Notes under the pieces: generated by a model
What the model saw: the letters and a program-made list of their open reading frames with translations, nothing else
Databases searched by the model: none
Told to the model about the DNA's origin: nothing
Translations under genes and position numbers: made by a program
Assembly (NCBI GenBank): GCA_016188865.1
Contig: JACPGX010000001.1
Location: 77,197 to 141,196 of the forward strand
Reading direction: 5' to 3'
Source: Candidatus Nealsonbacteria bacterium
Lineage (GTDB): Bacteria > Patescibacteriota > Minisyncoccia > Minisyncoccales > MHMH01
DNA length: 64,000 bases
Shown: piece by piece, positions 1-10,085 of the stretch
Position numbering within the stretch: position 1 is the stretch's first letter
Layout: every line of letters begins with the position of its first letter

Positions 1-2
1 TA

Positions 3-1346
3 TTCTCTCTTCCCACTTACATTTTCATTGCAACTATACTAGGCCTTTTAATCATCGGCATTATCCGCGTAATATTCGGCATTCTTCCTAAGGCTGCGAT
101 TCTCACCGACGTTACGGCAACCGCCTTGCCCCTGCAAGCATTAAGCTTATTGCTTATTTTGAGAGCTTTCTCTTCTGGTTGCGCCGCTTTAACCGGGATC
201 GAAGCTACTTCCAACGGAGTGCGCGCATTTAAAGAGCCTGAAACTAAAAATGCCGGGAAAATTTTACTTCGGCTCGCCATACTTTTAATATTTATCTTCC
301 TTGGAATAGGTTTTCTGTCCAGCCAAGTAGGCTTGGTACCGGCGCAATCGGAAACAATACTATCGCAGGTGGCTAAAATTGTATTCGGTAAAACTCCATT
401 TTACTTTTTGACGCAGATTGCTACCTTTCTCATCCTTTTCTTAGCGGCAAATACTCCCTACGCCGGTTTCCCCCGAATGGTTGCCCTGCAAGCCCAAGAC
501 GGCTATTGGCCAAAGCAATTTTCTTTATTGGGCTCTCGCTTGGTATTTTCAAATGGTATCGTCGCGCTTTCCATAGTTTCGGCTATTCTACTGCTTTTAT
601 TTAAAGGAAACGTCCATACGCTTATTCCAATGTATGCAGTTGGCGTTTTTCTCGGATTTTCTCTATCCCAGCTCGGCATGATTTTTTATTGGAAAAAACA
701 AGGATTCGGAAAACACCTTAAGAGCGTAATGATTAATTTTATCGGCTTTATTGCTACTGGAACGGTTTTTATGGTGGTCCTCTTTTCAAAATTCATTTAT
801 GGCGCCTGGATTCTTCTGCCCACTATTTTAATCCTTCTTTTTGTAATGAAAAAAATCAAAAAACACTACCAGAATGTGGAAAAAATACTCTCTCTCGAAG
901 AAACTGAATTTTTAAGAGTTCTGCCGGAAAAAATTATGATGATTGTTTTTGTGTCAAAATTAAACCGTCTTGCTATTGAGACGGCTCTATTCGCCAGGGG
1001 TTTTAAACCGGGGGAAATCAAGGCATTCCATATTGCCTTTGACGAAAAAGAGGCAACTGAATTAAAAAATGAATGGGAGATAAGATTTTCCGAAATCCCG
1101 ATGGATATTGTTATAGATGAATTCCGAGAAATAATTCCCCACGCTTTAAACTATATTAGAAATATGGAAAAGCAATGGAAAGAAAGCGGAGGAGAAAAAG
1201 TAATAGCGGTAATCCCCATGGTGGTGCCCACCAGCATATTTGACAATTTTCTGCATAACAAAACAGCTGAAGAATTAGCCAATGCTATCAGGAAAGATCC
1301 GGAAAATAACGCAGAAATCTTAGAAAACTATATTAAAGTGCACTAA
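3..1346 (+). CDS. APC family amino acid permease (5' partial)
   Basis: Frame is open from the window edge; many TM segments; ALTGIEATSNGV and AANTPYAGFPR motifs of YdaO/KimA-like APC permeases. Confidence 0.8.
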   Translation, partial: FSLPTYIFIATILGLLIIGIIRVIFGILPKAAILTDVTATALPLQALSLLLILRAFSSGCAALTGIEATSNGVRAFKEPETKNAGKILLRLAILLIFIFLGIGFLSSQVGLVPAQSETILSQVAKIVFGKTPFYFLTQIATFLILFLAANTPYAGFPRMVALQAQDGYWPKQFSLLGSRLVFSNGIVALSIVSAILLLLFKGNVHTLIPMYAVGVFLGFSLSQLGMIFYWKKQGFGKHLKSVMINFIGFIATGTVFMVVLFSKFIYGAWILLPTILILLFVMKKIKKHYQNVEKILSLEETEFLRVLPEKIMMIVFVSKLNRLAIETALFARGFKPGEIKAFHIAFDEKEATELKNEWEIRFSEIPMDIVIDEFREIIPHALNYIRNMEKQWKESGGEKVIAVIPMVVPTSIFDNFLHNKTAEELANAIRKDPENNAEILENYIKVH

Positions 1347-1350
1347 AGGC

Positions 1351-2073
1351 TTATTTAATATAAACTCGGCTGAATCTTAAATCTATATATTCTAAATTCC
1401 TTCTTTTCTCGGGAGGAATTTGTTTTTCTAAAACCAATTTAAGTTCCTGAATCTGCCAATCTAAGTCTCCCTTCAAATTAAAATAAATCTCCCATTTTTC
1501 TGAAGTTTTCATATTTAATCTTTCATCGGAAACAATCATGGCTTGAGTTGTGGTGACTCCCGGGCCTTCTTCTAATTTCGCCTGAATTTCTAAAATCTGG
1601 GAAATTTTTTCTTTATTGAGCATATCTTTCATCCCAGAAATATTGATGAACCCTACGGCGCCGGAAGCATCTCCGAAAATCACGCCTTCTCGATCAATCA
1701 GGAAACACTTTTCCTCACACCAAAGTGCCGCAGCTGACCGCTCAGTCACTAAAATATTCAAAGCATCGGGAAAGCTTCGGCTTATTTTTGCTTCTGCTAT
1801 TTGTGGAAAATTATCTAAAATATCTTTTTCTGTCTTTTTAATATCAACTAAAAATATATTGCTCCCCCCAATAAACGCTTTTATGCTCTCCTCTGAAATA
1901 GTCCCTTGGCCGGTTATTATAATTTTCTCAATTTTGAAAATACCGGAAAAAAATATAAAATACAAAATTCCTCCCGTTATTACCAAAACCAAAATACCCA
2001 GCCTAAAGAATCTGTTTCCCAAAATAGATTTTTTCTTTTTAATTCTATATGGTTTTCTGTATCTATAAGCCAC
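1351..2073 (-). CDS. ftsQ: Cell division protein FtsQ/DivIB (POTRA domain)
   Basis: Basic N-terminus, one TM, ISRSFPDALNILVTER POTRA motif, C-terminal YIDLRF. Confidence 0.8.
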   Translation of the reverse strand: MAYRYRKPYRIKKKKSILGNRFFRLGILVLVITGGILYFIFFSGIFKIEKIIITGQGTISEESIKAFIGGSNIFLVDIKKTEKDILDNFPQIAEAKISRSFPDALNILVTERSAAALWCEEKCFLIDREGVIFGDASGAVGFINISGMKDMLNKEKISQILEIQAKLEEGPGVTTTQAMIVSDERLNMKTSEKWEIYFNLKGDLDWQIQELKLVLEKQIPPEKRRNLEYIDLRFSRVYIK

Positions 2074-3106
2074 GTTTTTTACTTCTTAACTTCTCAAAAA
2101 TATATGTTAGCCAATATTTTCTGGAAAGAGGCAAATCCTGGGTTTTGACATATTCATATGCCCTGCCTCCAAAGCCCATCTTAAACAGCGTAGGCCCTGC
2201 CCAAGGATGCCCGGAATACGCCTTTGGGTCAATATAACCCCAAAAATCATACAATTTACAACCGCGCCTTTTGGCTTCTTTTATGGCTTCCCACTGCAAT
2301 AAGTAAGGAATAGAAAATTTAGAGTATTTTGCCAAAGAAGCCGCCTGATGATAAAAGCCGACTCCCGACCAAAAAATCACCAAAGCTCCGGCCGCTACCT
2401 CGCCTTTATACTTTCCTAAAAAAAGCATGGCTTCATTGTCGCTGGAGAAAACCTCAAATTCATTTTTTATAAAATTAGCGGAAAAAGGAGCAAATCTTTG
2501 CCTCCGGCTAACCTCTTGATTTAATCGCTGATAAATCTCCAAATCACTTGGCCTATTACTTTTTTCAATCGCAATGTCGGTATTTTTCTCCGCTTGCTTA
2601 ATAAGATATCGCGTAGTTTTCCGCATATTCGCCAATAATTCTTCTTCCGATGGCGCAATATCAAGCTTCCAGGTCGCCTCATAAGCCGAAGCATGCATCG
2701 ACGCCTCCCTAAACCCCAAATCTTTAAACATCTTTATATTCTCCTCATTTCTCTCCGATAGCGACGCTATCCTAATAAAACTACAACCCTCCTCTTTGGC
2801 AATTCTTTTTAGTTCCGTCAAAATCGTGTTTAGAATTTCTAATTTAGAATTTTGAATTTGTTTCGGATTTATCATATTTGGTCCGTGCTGTACCAACAGG
2901 AAAGTCCCCCGTCTGGCCACCACTTTCACCGCCAAAATAATGGATATCGGACACCCATTATTTTCACACACCTCAAGGCGCCAAATCTTGTGCCCCATCG
3001 CTTTCTGAAGCTCTCCCCAATTCCAACTCTGAAGAAACGTCCTCTCTTTGCATCCCAAAAGAAAATCTTCCCAGATTTTTTTGTCTGTTATTTCTTTGCA
3101 AACCAT
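2063..3106 (-). CDS. FemAB/FemX family lipid II peptidyltransferase
   Basis: FLQSWNWGE, MRKTTRYLIKQAEK, LLQWEAIKEAK..YDFWG and FKMGFGG motifs. Confidence 0.85.
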   Translation of the reverse strand: MVCKEITDKKIWEDFLLGCKERTFLQSWNWGELQKAMGHKIWRLEVCENNGCPISIILAVKVVARRGTFLLVQHGPNMINPKQIQNSKLEILNTILTELKRIAKEEGCSFIRIASLSERNEENIKMFKDLGFREASMHASAYEATWKLDIAPSEEELLANMRKTTRYLIKQAEKNTDIAIEKSNRPSDLEIYQRLNQEVSRRQRFAPFSANFIKNEFEVFSSDNEAMLFLGKYKGEVAAGALVIFWSGVGFYHQAASLAKYSKFSIPYLLQWEAIKEAKRRGCKLYDFWGYIDPKAYSGHPWAGPTLFKMGFGGRAYEYVKTQDLPLSRKYWLTYIFEKLRSKKRGL

Positions 3107-3112
3107 AAATAT

Positions 3113-4597
3113 TTATTTCATCAATGAATCTATGAGCTGGCTAGGCACGCGGCTTTCGATGAGAATAATGTCGCCAGACGAACAGAAACTTTTTATTTTT
3201 ATAAAAATCTTTTCGGGATTATCCATAAAAACTGCTTTTAGCCCAGCGGCTTCTTTAATTTCCTTAAATCTGTCTTTGGTGGTGATTATCGCCAAGTCGC
3301 AAACTTCGGCGATTTTTGCTCCGATTCGGTCATGAACTTCCCTTGAAGCCTTGCCTAATTCAATCAAGCAGGGCATAATAATCACTTTTTTCCCCGGCAA
3401 AGTTTTCAGGTACTCCAAGTGGCCGATTACGCTGTCTGGATTGGCAGAGAAAGTAGCATCATAGACTATTAAACCGCCCGCGCCATCTTTTTTTACAATT
3501 CCGGTAAGCTTATTTTCTATTTTCTGCACTGCTCTTGAGATTTCTTCATCGCTCATGCCGAGTTCTCGCGCAACAGCCATAGCCCCAAAAAGATTTTCCT
3601 CTCCAAAAATTTTAGCATCTTGGCCGTAGAGATATTTTTTGATATTAGTCTTTCCATAAAGCTCTCGACAATATTTATTCTTCCCGTTAAAGAAGGCAAC
3701 GCCATTGGCCGGCAAACTCTCAATCAGTTCGTATTTCGTCTTAATGATATTCTCCTGACTGCCAAAGGTTGCCATATGCTGTTCATTAATGCCGGTTATC
3801 ACGCCAATTTTTGGCTTAGCAATATCGCAGAGCAGCTTTATTCCCCCCTTATTATACGCTCCCATTTCTGCAATAAAAATCTGGTGCTCCGGCATTAATT
3901 CGTCCAAAATACATTCAGAAATTCCCACTTCAGAATTTTGATGCTCTTTGGTTTTCAAAACTTTAAATTTTTCTGAAAGAATAGTATATAAAAACTCTTT
4001 CGTTGAAGTTTTACCATAAGAGCCGGTAATTCCGATAACCAGCAAATTCTTAAAATAATCTCTTCTATGCTTGGCTTGTTTTAAAATTCTATTTCTTAAA
4101 AAAACGGCCAAAGGCTGAAAAGACAAAACCAGCGAAGAAAAAACGATCGGAGCCAAAATATCCAGCAACAAAAGGGAGGCCGTGAATTTCGTTAATTTAA
4201 ATTCTAAAAGGAACAAAAAAAATACCAATAAAACTTCGGAAGAAAATCCGGTGCTTAAAATAACCGCTATTTTCTGGGTAAGAACCGGTTTTTTAATGGT
4301 TTTTTGCCAAAATACCTTAAAAGTATATAAAACTTCTGCGAAAAAGATAAGAGCTGTAAGGTAAACTAAATTAAATTTAAATTCTGTTAAACCGTGCCTT
4401 GCTGTGAATATCATGCCGAGGAGAAGCAAAATCTTAATCAGCAATAAATAATTAAAAATCAACCGTTTTCCTTTATATGTGCGAAAATGGTCAATAAATC
4501 TGCCGATGTGATATTCTTTCAACTGCCAAAGATAAACCCAAAAGAGAAGTTTTTTAGTAAAAATAATGAGCCAAAGTAATGAAATTAGATATCGCAT
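3113..4597 (-). CDS. murF: MurF ligase with N-terminal membrane extension
   Basis: IGITGSYGKTSTKE P-loop, AEMGAY, LIELG. Confidence 0.85.
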   Translation of the reverse strand: MRYLISLLWLIIFTKKLLFWVYLWQLKEYHIGRFIDHFRTYKGKRLIFNYLLLIKILLLLGMIFTARHGLTEFKFNLVYLTALIFFAEVLYTFKVFWQKTIKKPVLTQKIAVILSTGFSSEVLLVFFLFLLEFKLTKFTASLLLLDILAPIVFSSLVLSFQPLAVFLRNRILKQAKHRRDYFKNLLVIGITGSYGKTSTKEFLYTILSEKFKVLKTKEHQNSEVGISECILDELMPEHQIFIAEMGAYNKGGIKLLCDIAKPKIGVITGINEQHMATFGSQENIIKTKYELIESLPANGVAFFNGKNKYCRELYGKTNIKKYLYGQDAKIFGEENLFGAMAVARELGMSDEEISRAVQKIENKLTGIVKKDGAGGLIVYDATFSANPDSVIGHLEYLKTLPGKKVIIMPCLIELGKASREVHDRIGAKIAEVCDLAIITTKDRFKEIKEAAGLKAVFMDNPEKIFIKIKSFCSSGDIILIESRVPSQLIDSLMK

Positions 4598-4609
4598 AAC
4601 GGATTTCGG

Positions 4610-4681
4610 GAGGTCCGAAACCGATTTAACACCCGGTGTTTCTCCGTCAACACCGGGTGTTGACGTTCGGTTTCGGACCTC
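4610..4681. repeat. Compound inverted repeat (REPIN-like)
   Basis: Outer arms GAGGTCCGAAACCGA / TCGGTTTCGGACCTC enclose AACACCCGGTGTT and TCAACACCGGGTGTTGA. Confidence 0.8.
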
Positions 4682-4683
4682 AT

Positions 4684-5415
4684 TTAATTAGTTATAAATC
4701 GTATAATTTTTTCTGCTAAAATTTCCGGTTTCTGCAGATTCAATCCATGCTCGCCATCTTCAATAATTTCCAATCTGGCATTGTTTATCTCTTTTTTTGC
4801 AATATACGCCTCCCTTATGGGCGTCATCACGTCTTGCGCTCCCCAAACGATTAAAGTCGGCGATTTAATTTTAGATAAGCAATGAGTCAAATCTTCTTTC
4901 GTTATTTTTTTAAAGGTTTCCTTCATCATAAGCATCCCGTTGATATCTAACTTATGGTAATCCGTAGTGCCGGCAAGCTTATATAAAATTTTCTTTATTT
5001 TTTCTTCCAATGGCCATAATAATATCAAACCGGTAATTGTAAATACGAATTTGCCCAATTTGGTTAAAAATAGAAAAATAATCTGCTTTACAGTTTGCCT
5101 TCTCCTAAGGGCTGGGGAAACTAAAATAAGTTTTGAAACCATTTCCGGATAAGCGCAGGAAAATTTTACCGCAATTCCCCCGCCAAATGAATGACCTATC
5201 AGAAAAAAATGCGGAAGATTATTTTTATCGCAATATCTTCTCGTCCATTCCGTATAATCGTCTACCGACCAAGGTTTTTCCGGCGCTGAATTTTCCCCAA
5301 AACCGGGCAAATCCGGCACGAAAACTTTATACCCTTGATTTTCTAAAAGTTCTTTAACTCTGCTCCAATTTTTAGATGAAGACCCCCAACCGTGAAGAAT
5401 AAGAATGGTGTTCAT
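4684..5415 (-). CDS. Alpha/beta hydrolase
   Basis: LHGWG, DLPGFG, GHSFGG nucleophile elbow, C-terminal His. Confidence 0.9.
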   Translation of the reverse strand: MNTILILHGWGSSSKNWSRVKELLENQGYKVFVPDLPGFGENSAPEKPWSVDDYTEWTRRYCDKNNLPHFFLIGHSFGGGIAVKFSCAYPEMVSKLILVSPALRRRQTVKQIIFLFLTKLGKFVFTITGLILLWPLEEKIKKILYKLAGTTDYHKLDINGMLMMKETFKKITKEDLTHCLSKIKSPTLIVWGAQDVMTPIREAYIAKKEINNARLEIIEDGEHGLNLQKPEILAEKIIRFITN

Positions 5416-5424
5416 AACGATATT

Positions 5425-5505
5425 TTCGATGTCCGATTTCCCGTTTAACCTCCGAGGTTAACGCGACAACCTCGGAGGTTGACGTTCGGGAAATCGGACA
5501 TCGAA
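5425..5505. repeat. Compound inverted repeat (REPIN-like)
   Basis: Outer arms TTCGATGTCCGATTTCCCG / CGGGAAATCGGACATCGAA enclose TTAACCTCCGAGGTTAA and CAACCTCGGAGGTTG. Confidence 0.8.
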
Positions 5506-5508
5506 ATA

Positions 5509-6729
5509 TTACTCGATTTTTTTAAATCCCGTATATTTCTGCAAAACTTTGGGCACCAAAACAGTGCCGTCTTTTTGCTGATAATTTTCGATAATAGCAA
5601 TCAACATCCTGCCTATGGCAAAAGCCGTGCCATTTAGCATATGAACAAACTCCAAGCCATCTTTTGTCTTATAGCGAATATTTAATCTTCTGGCTTGATA
5701 ATCAGTAGTGTTACTGGTGGAATGCGTCTCCCTATACTGCCCTTGCCCGGGAAGCCAGGCCTCAATATCGTATTTAGCAGCGGCCGGATCTCCCAAGTCC
5801 CCAGTGCAAATATTAATAACTCTGTAAGGAAGCTCCAGCAGCTTCATTAATTTTTCTTCCATTTTCAAAAGCAATTGATGCTCTTCTTTTGATTTTTCCG
5901 GATGACAGAAACTGAACATTTCAACCTTGTCGAACTGATGAACACGCAAAATGCCCTTAGTGTCCTTGCCATAGGCGCCAGCCTCCCTCCTGAAACAAGT
6001 GGAAAACCCGGCATATCTTTTTGGCAAATCTTTTTCTTGAAAAGTTTCTCCAGAATGCATTGCGCCGATAGATTGCTCCGAAGTTCCGACTAAATATAAT
6101 TTATCTCTTTCAAGATAATATATCTCTTCTGCTCCCCTTTCAACGTACCCCATCCCCTCCATCATTTCCGGTTTTAACATAACCGGTGGAACAACAGGTA
6201 TAAACTTATCTTTAGATAGAGTTTCCAGAGCCAAATTAACCAAAGCAAATTCAAGCATAGCGGCTCCCCCTTTTATGTATCCAAAACGAGTGCCTGAAAC
6301 CTTAGCTGCTCTTTGAGTATCAATAATATCTAATTTCTCACCAATATCCATATAGTCTTTCGGCTGAAAATCGAATTTTGTCTTTTTACCTTCTTCCCTA
6401 AGCACAATATTTTCACTATCGTCTTTGCCGACAGGAACGGTATCTAGAGGTAAATTAGGAATCTGGCGTAATAAAATTTGCAATTCTTTTTCGGTATTCT
6501 CTAATTCTGGCTCAAGTTTTTTAATTTCTGCTTTTAATCCTTGGGCCTTTGCGATATCGTCTTTTCCAAGCTTATTCTGCTCGGCTCGCATATTTTCTAT
6601 TTTTTGCAGATATTCTCGCTTTTTTTCGTCCAATGCCAAAAGCCGGTCAATATCAACTTTGGCCTGCTTTTTAGCAACGCCTTCTTTCACTTTTTCCGAA
6701 TTTTGACGGATGAATTTAATGTCGAGCAT
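5509..6729 (-). CDS. serS: Serine--tRNA ligase
   Basis: MLDIKFIR start, GTSEQ, FRREAG, RVHQFDKVE, LNGTA. Confidence 0.97.
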   Translation of the reverse strand: MLDIKFIRQNSEKVKEGVAKKQAKVDIDRLLALDEKKREYLQKIENMRAEQNKLGKDDIAKAQGLKAEIKKLEPELENTEKELQILLRQIPNLPLDTVPVGKDDSENIVLREEGKKTKFDFQPKDYMDIGEKLDIIDTQRAAKVSGTRFGYIKGGAAMLEFALVNLALETLSKDKFIPVVPPVMLKPEMMEGMGYVERGAEEIYYLERDKLYLVGTSEQSIGAMHSGETFQEKDLPKRYAGFSTCFRREAGAYGKDTKGILRVHQFDKVEMFSFCHPEKSKEEHQLLLKMEEKLMKLLELPYRVINICTGDLGDPAAAKYDIEAWLPGQGQYRETHSTSNTTDYQARRLNIRYKTKDGLEFVHMLNGTAFAIGRMLIAIIENYQQKDGTVLVPKVLQKYTGFKKIE

Positions 6730-6741
6730 ATAATAATTTAA

Positions 6742-6792
6742 GGAGAACCGTTCTCCCGATATTACGATTAATTTTGGGAGAACGGTTCTCTC
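6742..6792. repeat. Inverted pair of GAGAACCGTTCTC REP palindromes
   Basis: GGAGAACCGTTCTCC at 6742 and GGGAGAACGGTTCTCTC at 6776; the second lies in the last codons of the HAM1 gene. Confidence 0.8.
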
Positions 6793-7385
6793 AAATATTG
6801 CGATAATAGGGGCAACGCTTTTTCTACGGCTTTTTTTCTGTGGGCGATCTTAGCTTCCTCTTCCATGGTGAATTCGCCCAAAACTTTGCTTACTCCCGGA
6901 ACGAAGAATAATGATCTGAAGGGGTACCCGGGAATAATTTTATCTATCGGCTTTTCCATTATAACTCCCCTCAAAATACCTTCAAAAGTGTTTATCTTCC
7001 CAAAAATATTTAAAGCTATGACCGTCTTCAATCGGGCGCCCCTCTGCTCGGCGGGAACGCCTTTAAGTTTGGCTAATGTCAAATCAATCAATTCTTGATC
7101 GGACGCCTCTCTGCCCAGCCAGCGCCTTGTTTTTACTCCCGGCTCGCCATCCAGATAATCTATTTCTAGTCCAGCATCTTCAGCCAATGTCGGAAAATCA
7201 ACGAATTGAGAATAAAATTTAACCTTTTTTATCGCATTTTCCTCAAAAGTTTTGCCGTCTTCTTCCACGCCGTCTTTAATATTTACGTCCTTTAACGTAA
7301 CCAGCTCCAGCGGCAGATTCTTCAAAAGAACCCTATACTCTAAAATCTTTCCCGGATTAGTAGTGGCAACCAATAATTTTTTCAT
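6768..7385 (-). CDS. rdgB: Non-canonical purine NTP pyrophosphatase (HAM1/RdgB family)
   Basis: ATTNPGK, EEDGKTFEENA, EDAGLEIDYLDGEPGV, AHRKKA. Confidence 0.85.
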   Translation of the reverse strand: MKKLLVATTNPGKILEYRVLLKNLPLELVTLKDVNIKDGVEEDGKTFEENAIKKVKFYSQFVDFPTLAEDAGLEIDYLDGEPGVKTRRWLGREASDQELIDLTLAKLKGVPAEQRGARLKTVIALNIFGKINTFEGILRGVIMEKPIDKIIPGYPFRSLFFVPGVSKVLGEFTMEEEAKIAHRKKAVEKALPLLSQYLREPFSQN

Positions 7386-7397
7386 CGATGAAAGCGA

Positions 7398-7463
7398 GAG
7401 TTCTGGATTTTCTGAAGCGCGTCGGAGCCCTTTAGGGTAAAGCGCGAAGAAAATTCAGAACTC
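7398..7463. repeat. Intergenic long inverted repeat
   Basis: GAGTTCTGGATTTTCT ... AGAAAATTCAGAACTC around an inner GC-rich hairpin. Confidence 0.6.
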
Positions 7464-7468
7464 AAGCA

Positions 7469-8785
7469 TTAACGCGGCCTCATTGTTGGGAACAATATTA
7501 CCTCTCTTAAACTGTGGGAGTCGGTCAGTAGGGCAACCAATCTATCAATTCCCATGCCTAAACCAGCGGCAGGTGGCATGCCGTACTGCAGGGCCTCAAG
7601 AAAATCCTTGTCTTTTCTTTCAATTTCAATTTTAGCGGATTTAAATCTTTTTTCCTGTTCTAGAGGATCATTTAATTCGGAAAAACCATTAATTAACTCT
7701 ATCCCCCCTATCACTACTTGAAAACGGTCAGCTTCCTTAGGATTGTTTTCCCTGGCTTTGGATAAAATAGCCATTTTTGCCGGGTGGTCAACCACAAAAG
7801 TAGGCTGAAATATATTCACTTTATCTTTTTCAAAATCCAAATCAGCAAATTTAATTCTTTTCCAAGGGGCTTTAAAATCTATTTCCTTACTTTCATAAAT
7901 AAATTTAGTCTCCCCTTTTATTTTTTTTACCAAATCAATCATACTGCGCTCGATAAAATCCATGAGGCCATCCCTATTTTGATAAGCCCAGTAAAGTTCA
8001 ATCATTGTAAAGTCAGGATTATGATGCTTATCCATTCCTTCATTCCTAAAACAGCGGCCTATTTCGTAAACTTTTTCGAAACCGCCAACTAAAAGCCGTT
8101 TTAAATAAAGTTCCGGCGACACTCTTAAATACAAATCTATTTTCAAGGCATTCAAATGCGTTTTAAATGGTTTAGCCAAAGCTCCTCCGGGAATCGGCTG
8201 CAAAATCGGCGTCTCCACTTCTAAAAATCCTTGTCCATCTAAAATATGTCTTATCTCTTCAATAATTTTTGACCTAACCCTGAATTTTGCCCTTACTTCC
8301 GAGTTCATTACCAAATCCAAATATCTCTTCCTAAATCTTTCTTCCACGTCCTGAAGCCCGTGCCACTTTTCAGGTAGGGGCAGCAATGACTTGGCTAAAA
8401 TGTTGAAATCCGAGGCTTCAATTGTTTTCTCTCCTCTTTTTGTGGTGAATAAAGTGCCGGAAATTTCAATAAAATCTCCGACGTCAAAATTATCCAAAAA
8501 AAATTGATATTTTTTATCGCCCAGTTTATCCTGCCTGAAAAAACCTTGGATTTTGGCCTTTCCATCGTCGATATTGATGAAAGCAGACCCGCCATGCTCC
8601 CTGATAGCCACAAGCCTGCCGGCAAGCGTAACTTCTACCCCCGCTCTAGCGAACTTCTCAAAATCACTCAAAACCTGATCAACAGAGTGAGTTTTTTTAG
8701 TCTTTATCGGGTAAGGATTAATTCCAGCTTTTTTAATAGCTTCGAGTTTTTTCAGCCTTATTTTCTTAATATCTGCAATCGCCAT
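7469..8785 (-). CDS. lysS: Lysine--tRNA ligase (class II)
   Basis: LPEKWHGL, EVETP, FRNEG, HNPDFT, YGMPPAAGLGMGIDR. Confidence 0.97.
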   Translation of the reverse strand: MAIADIKKIRLKKLEAIKKAGINPYPIKTKKTHSVDQVLSDFEKFARAGVEVTLAGRLVAIREHGGSAFINIDDGKAKIQGFFRQDKLGDKKYQFFLDNFDVGDFIEISGTLFTTKRGEKTIEASDFNILAKSLLPLPEKWHGLQDVEERFRKRYLDLVMNSEVRAKFRVRSKIIEEIRHILDGQGFLEVETPILQPIPGGALAKPFKTHLNALKIDLYLRVSPELYLKRLLVGGFEKVYEIGRCFRNEGMDKHHNPDFTMIELYWAYQNRDGLMDFIERSMIDLVKKIKGETKFIYESKEIDFKAPWKRIKFADLDFEKDKVNIFQPTFVVDHPAKMAILSKARENNPKEADRFQVVIGGIELINGFSELNDPLEQEKRFKSAKIEIERKDKDFLEALQYGMPPAAGLGMGIDRLVALLTDSHSLREVILFPTMRPR

Positions 8786-8825
8786 ATTTAATTATTTTAC
8801 ATGACTTCTCCCAACTCGCCAAGTC

Positions 8826-8854
8826 TTGACAAAAATACGATTTAGGTGTATTAT
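8826..8854 (+). promoter_or_regulatory. Sigma70-type promoter, cassette 1
   Basis: TTGACA-17 bp-TATTAT. Confidence 0.7.
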
Positions 8855-8885
8855 TAAAATATAAATAAATAAGGAAAGGGAGGAA

Positions 8886-9176
8886 ATGGGATTGAAAAGG
8901 GACTTTAGTGTAAAGTATGGTAATAGAGAGATTAAAAACCCAGTACTCCGAGGCGCCGTTGTCAGCGGAGCCATAGTCTTCGGAGGAGTTATGGTAATCG
9001 CGCTTATCCCCCTGGTGGTCATTTTAGCAATAGTTCTTTCTCCTATTATGCTCCCCCTTCACTTCATCTTAAAGGCGATGGGGAGAAAGGGATGCTACAG
9101 AAGAACCGAAACAGAAACCGAGTGCAAGATCGAGGTCACTATAGACAGGGAGTCATTCAGTAAAATGGCTCCCTGA
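8886..9176 (+). CDS. Small hypothetical membrane protein
   Basis: GGGAGG SD, hydrophobic core, own promoter and terminator. Confidence 0.7.
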   Translation: MGLKRDFSVKYGNREIKNPVLRGAVVSGAIVFGGVMVIALIPLVVILAIVLSPIMLPLHFILKAMGRKGCYRRTETETECKIEVTIDRESFSKMAP

Positions 9177-9204
9177 GGAGACGATGCGTCAGGAGTGAAT
9201 GTCC

Positions 9205-9246
9205 AAAAGAAAACCCTTGAGATAGCATCAAAGGGGTTTTTATATT
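9205..9246 (+). terminator. Intrinsic terminator, cassette 1
   Basis: AAAACCCTTGA..TCAAAGGGGTTTTT; near-copy at 10064. Confidence 0.7.
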
Positions 9247-9327
9247 GAGTTAAAAAACTAAACTCTGCAAAATATTAAACACCGAGTGTTTAACATTTGC
9301 TCTATATTTTGAAAATTTTGTATTAAT

Positions 9328-9356
9328 AATAGGGCGAGAACCGTTCTCGCCCTATT
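9328..9356. repeat. REP palindrome
   Basis: AATAGGGCGAGAA-CCG-TTCTCGCCCTATT. Confidence 0.85.
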
Positions 9357-9391
9357 TTCAATTTACACAATTTTTCTCCCCGCGCCAAGTC

Positions 9392-9420
9392 TTGACAAAA
9401 TAAAAAATTGGGTGTAAGAT
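9392..9420 (+). promoter_or_regulatory. Sigma70-type promoter, cassette 2
   Basis: TTGACA-17 bp-TAAGAT; shares CGCCAAGTCTTGACAAAA with cassette 1. Confidence 0.7.
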
Positions 9421-9450
9421 ATTTTATTAGATGGAACATAGGGAGGAACA

Positions 9451-9630
9451 ATGGAACGGAAAGAAGTTAAATGGTCTTGTCATGCATGCGGCGCTAATGG
9501 AATAATCGAGTATACTCCCCCGGGAAACCCTTACCTTGTTGGCCACGAATGTGAGGAAGCTCATTCAAAAATATCGCCTGATTGCAAGAATCACATGCTG
9601 CGGTTTGATCCTGAAGAACTTGCGAAGTAA
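9451..9630 (+). CDS. 59-aa Cys/His-rich protein (not in the ORF track)
   Basis: GGGAGG SD; MERKEVKWSCHACGANG...HSKISPDCKNHMLRFDPEELAK. Confidence 0.7.
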   Translation: MERKEVKWSCHACGANGIIEYTPPGNPYLVGHECEEAHSKISPDCKNHMLRFDPEELAK

Positions 9631-9653
9631 GGGAGGTAAAGGAGGAGAAAACT

Positions 9654-9884
9654 ATGTCTAATGATGGAAAGATTTGGTGTATTTGCCAGAGATGCTCTTC
9701 CGAACTCTTAGGCATCCCGGACACTTCTTGCCCGGGGTGCGAGAAAGGAACCCTCGAGAAACACTGGCCGGAACACGTGAGTATTGAGGACGAGTATCCT
9801 AATGGAACGCACGTCCTAGTAATCCGTAAATCTCGCGGACCGATCAGTGGACATTACTGTACCGTACACAGGATAAAAGAATAG
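9654..9884 (+). CDS. Small zinc-ribbon-like protein
   Basis: AAGGAGG SD; CQRC and CPGC pairs. Confidence 0.7.
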   Translation: MSNDGKIWCICQRCSSELLGIPDTSCPGCEKGTLEKHWPEHVSIEDEYPNGTHVLVIRKSRGPISGHYCTVHRIKE

Positions 9885-10085
9885 ATGGAAAAAATTATGT
9901 TGACCCCGGGAAGCATGGGGGTTGCTAAACACGCCATTGACCTTTTTGGCATAGAAAGGGTCGAGGTCGGCGCATGGCTGAATCCCGTACGGGTAAATGA
10001 TCTTTCAGAAGATGAAATCAAGTTTGCCGAAGAGTTCTTTCGGGAATATGGCATCGCAGTCACAAAAGAAAACCCCTCGAGATAA
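9885..10085 (+). CDS. Small hypothetical protein
   Basis: Abuts the upstream stop (TAG-ATG) and ends inside the terminator. Confidence 0.6.
   Translation: MEKIMLTPGSMGVAKHAIDLFGIERVEVGAWLNPVRVNDLSEDEIKFAEEFFREYGIAVTKENPSR

Noticed and set aside
1616..2068. Antisense ORFs over ftsQ, and similar ones over pncA, the ATPase, larC and the dehydrogenase
   Set aside because: Shadows of well-supported genes on the other strand
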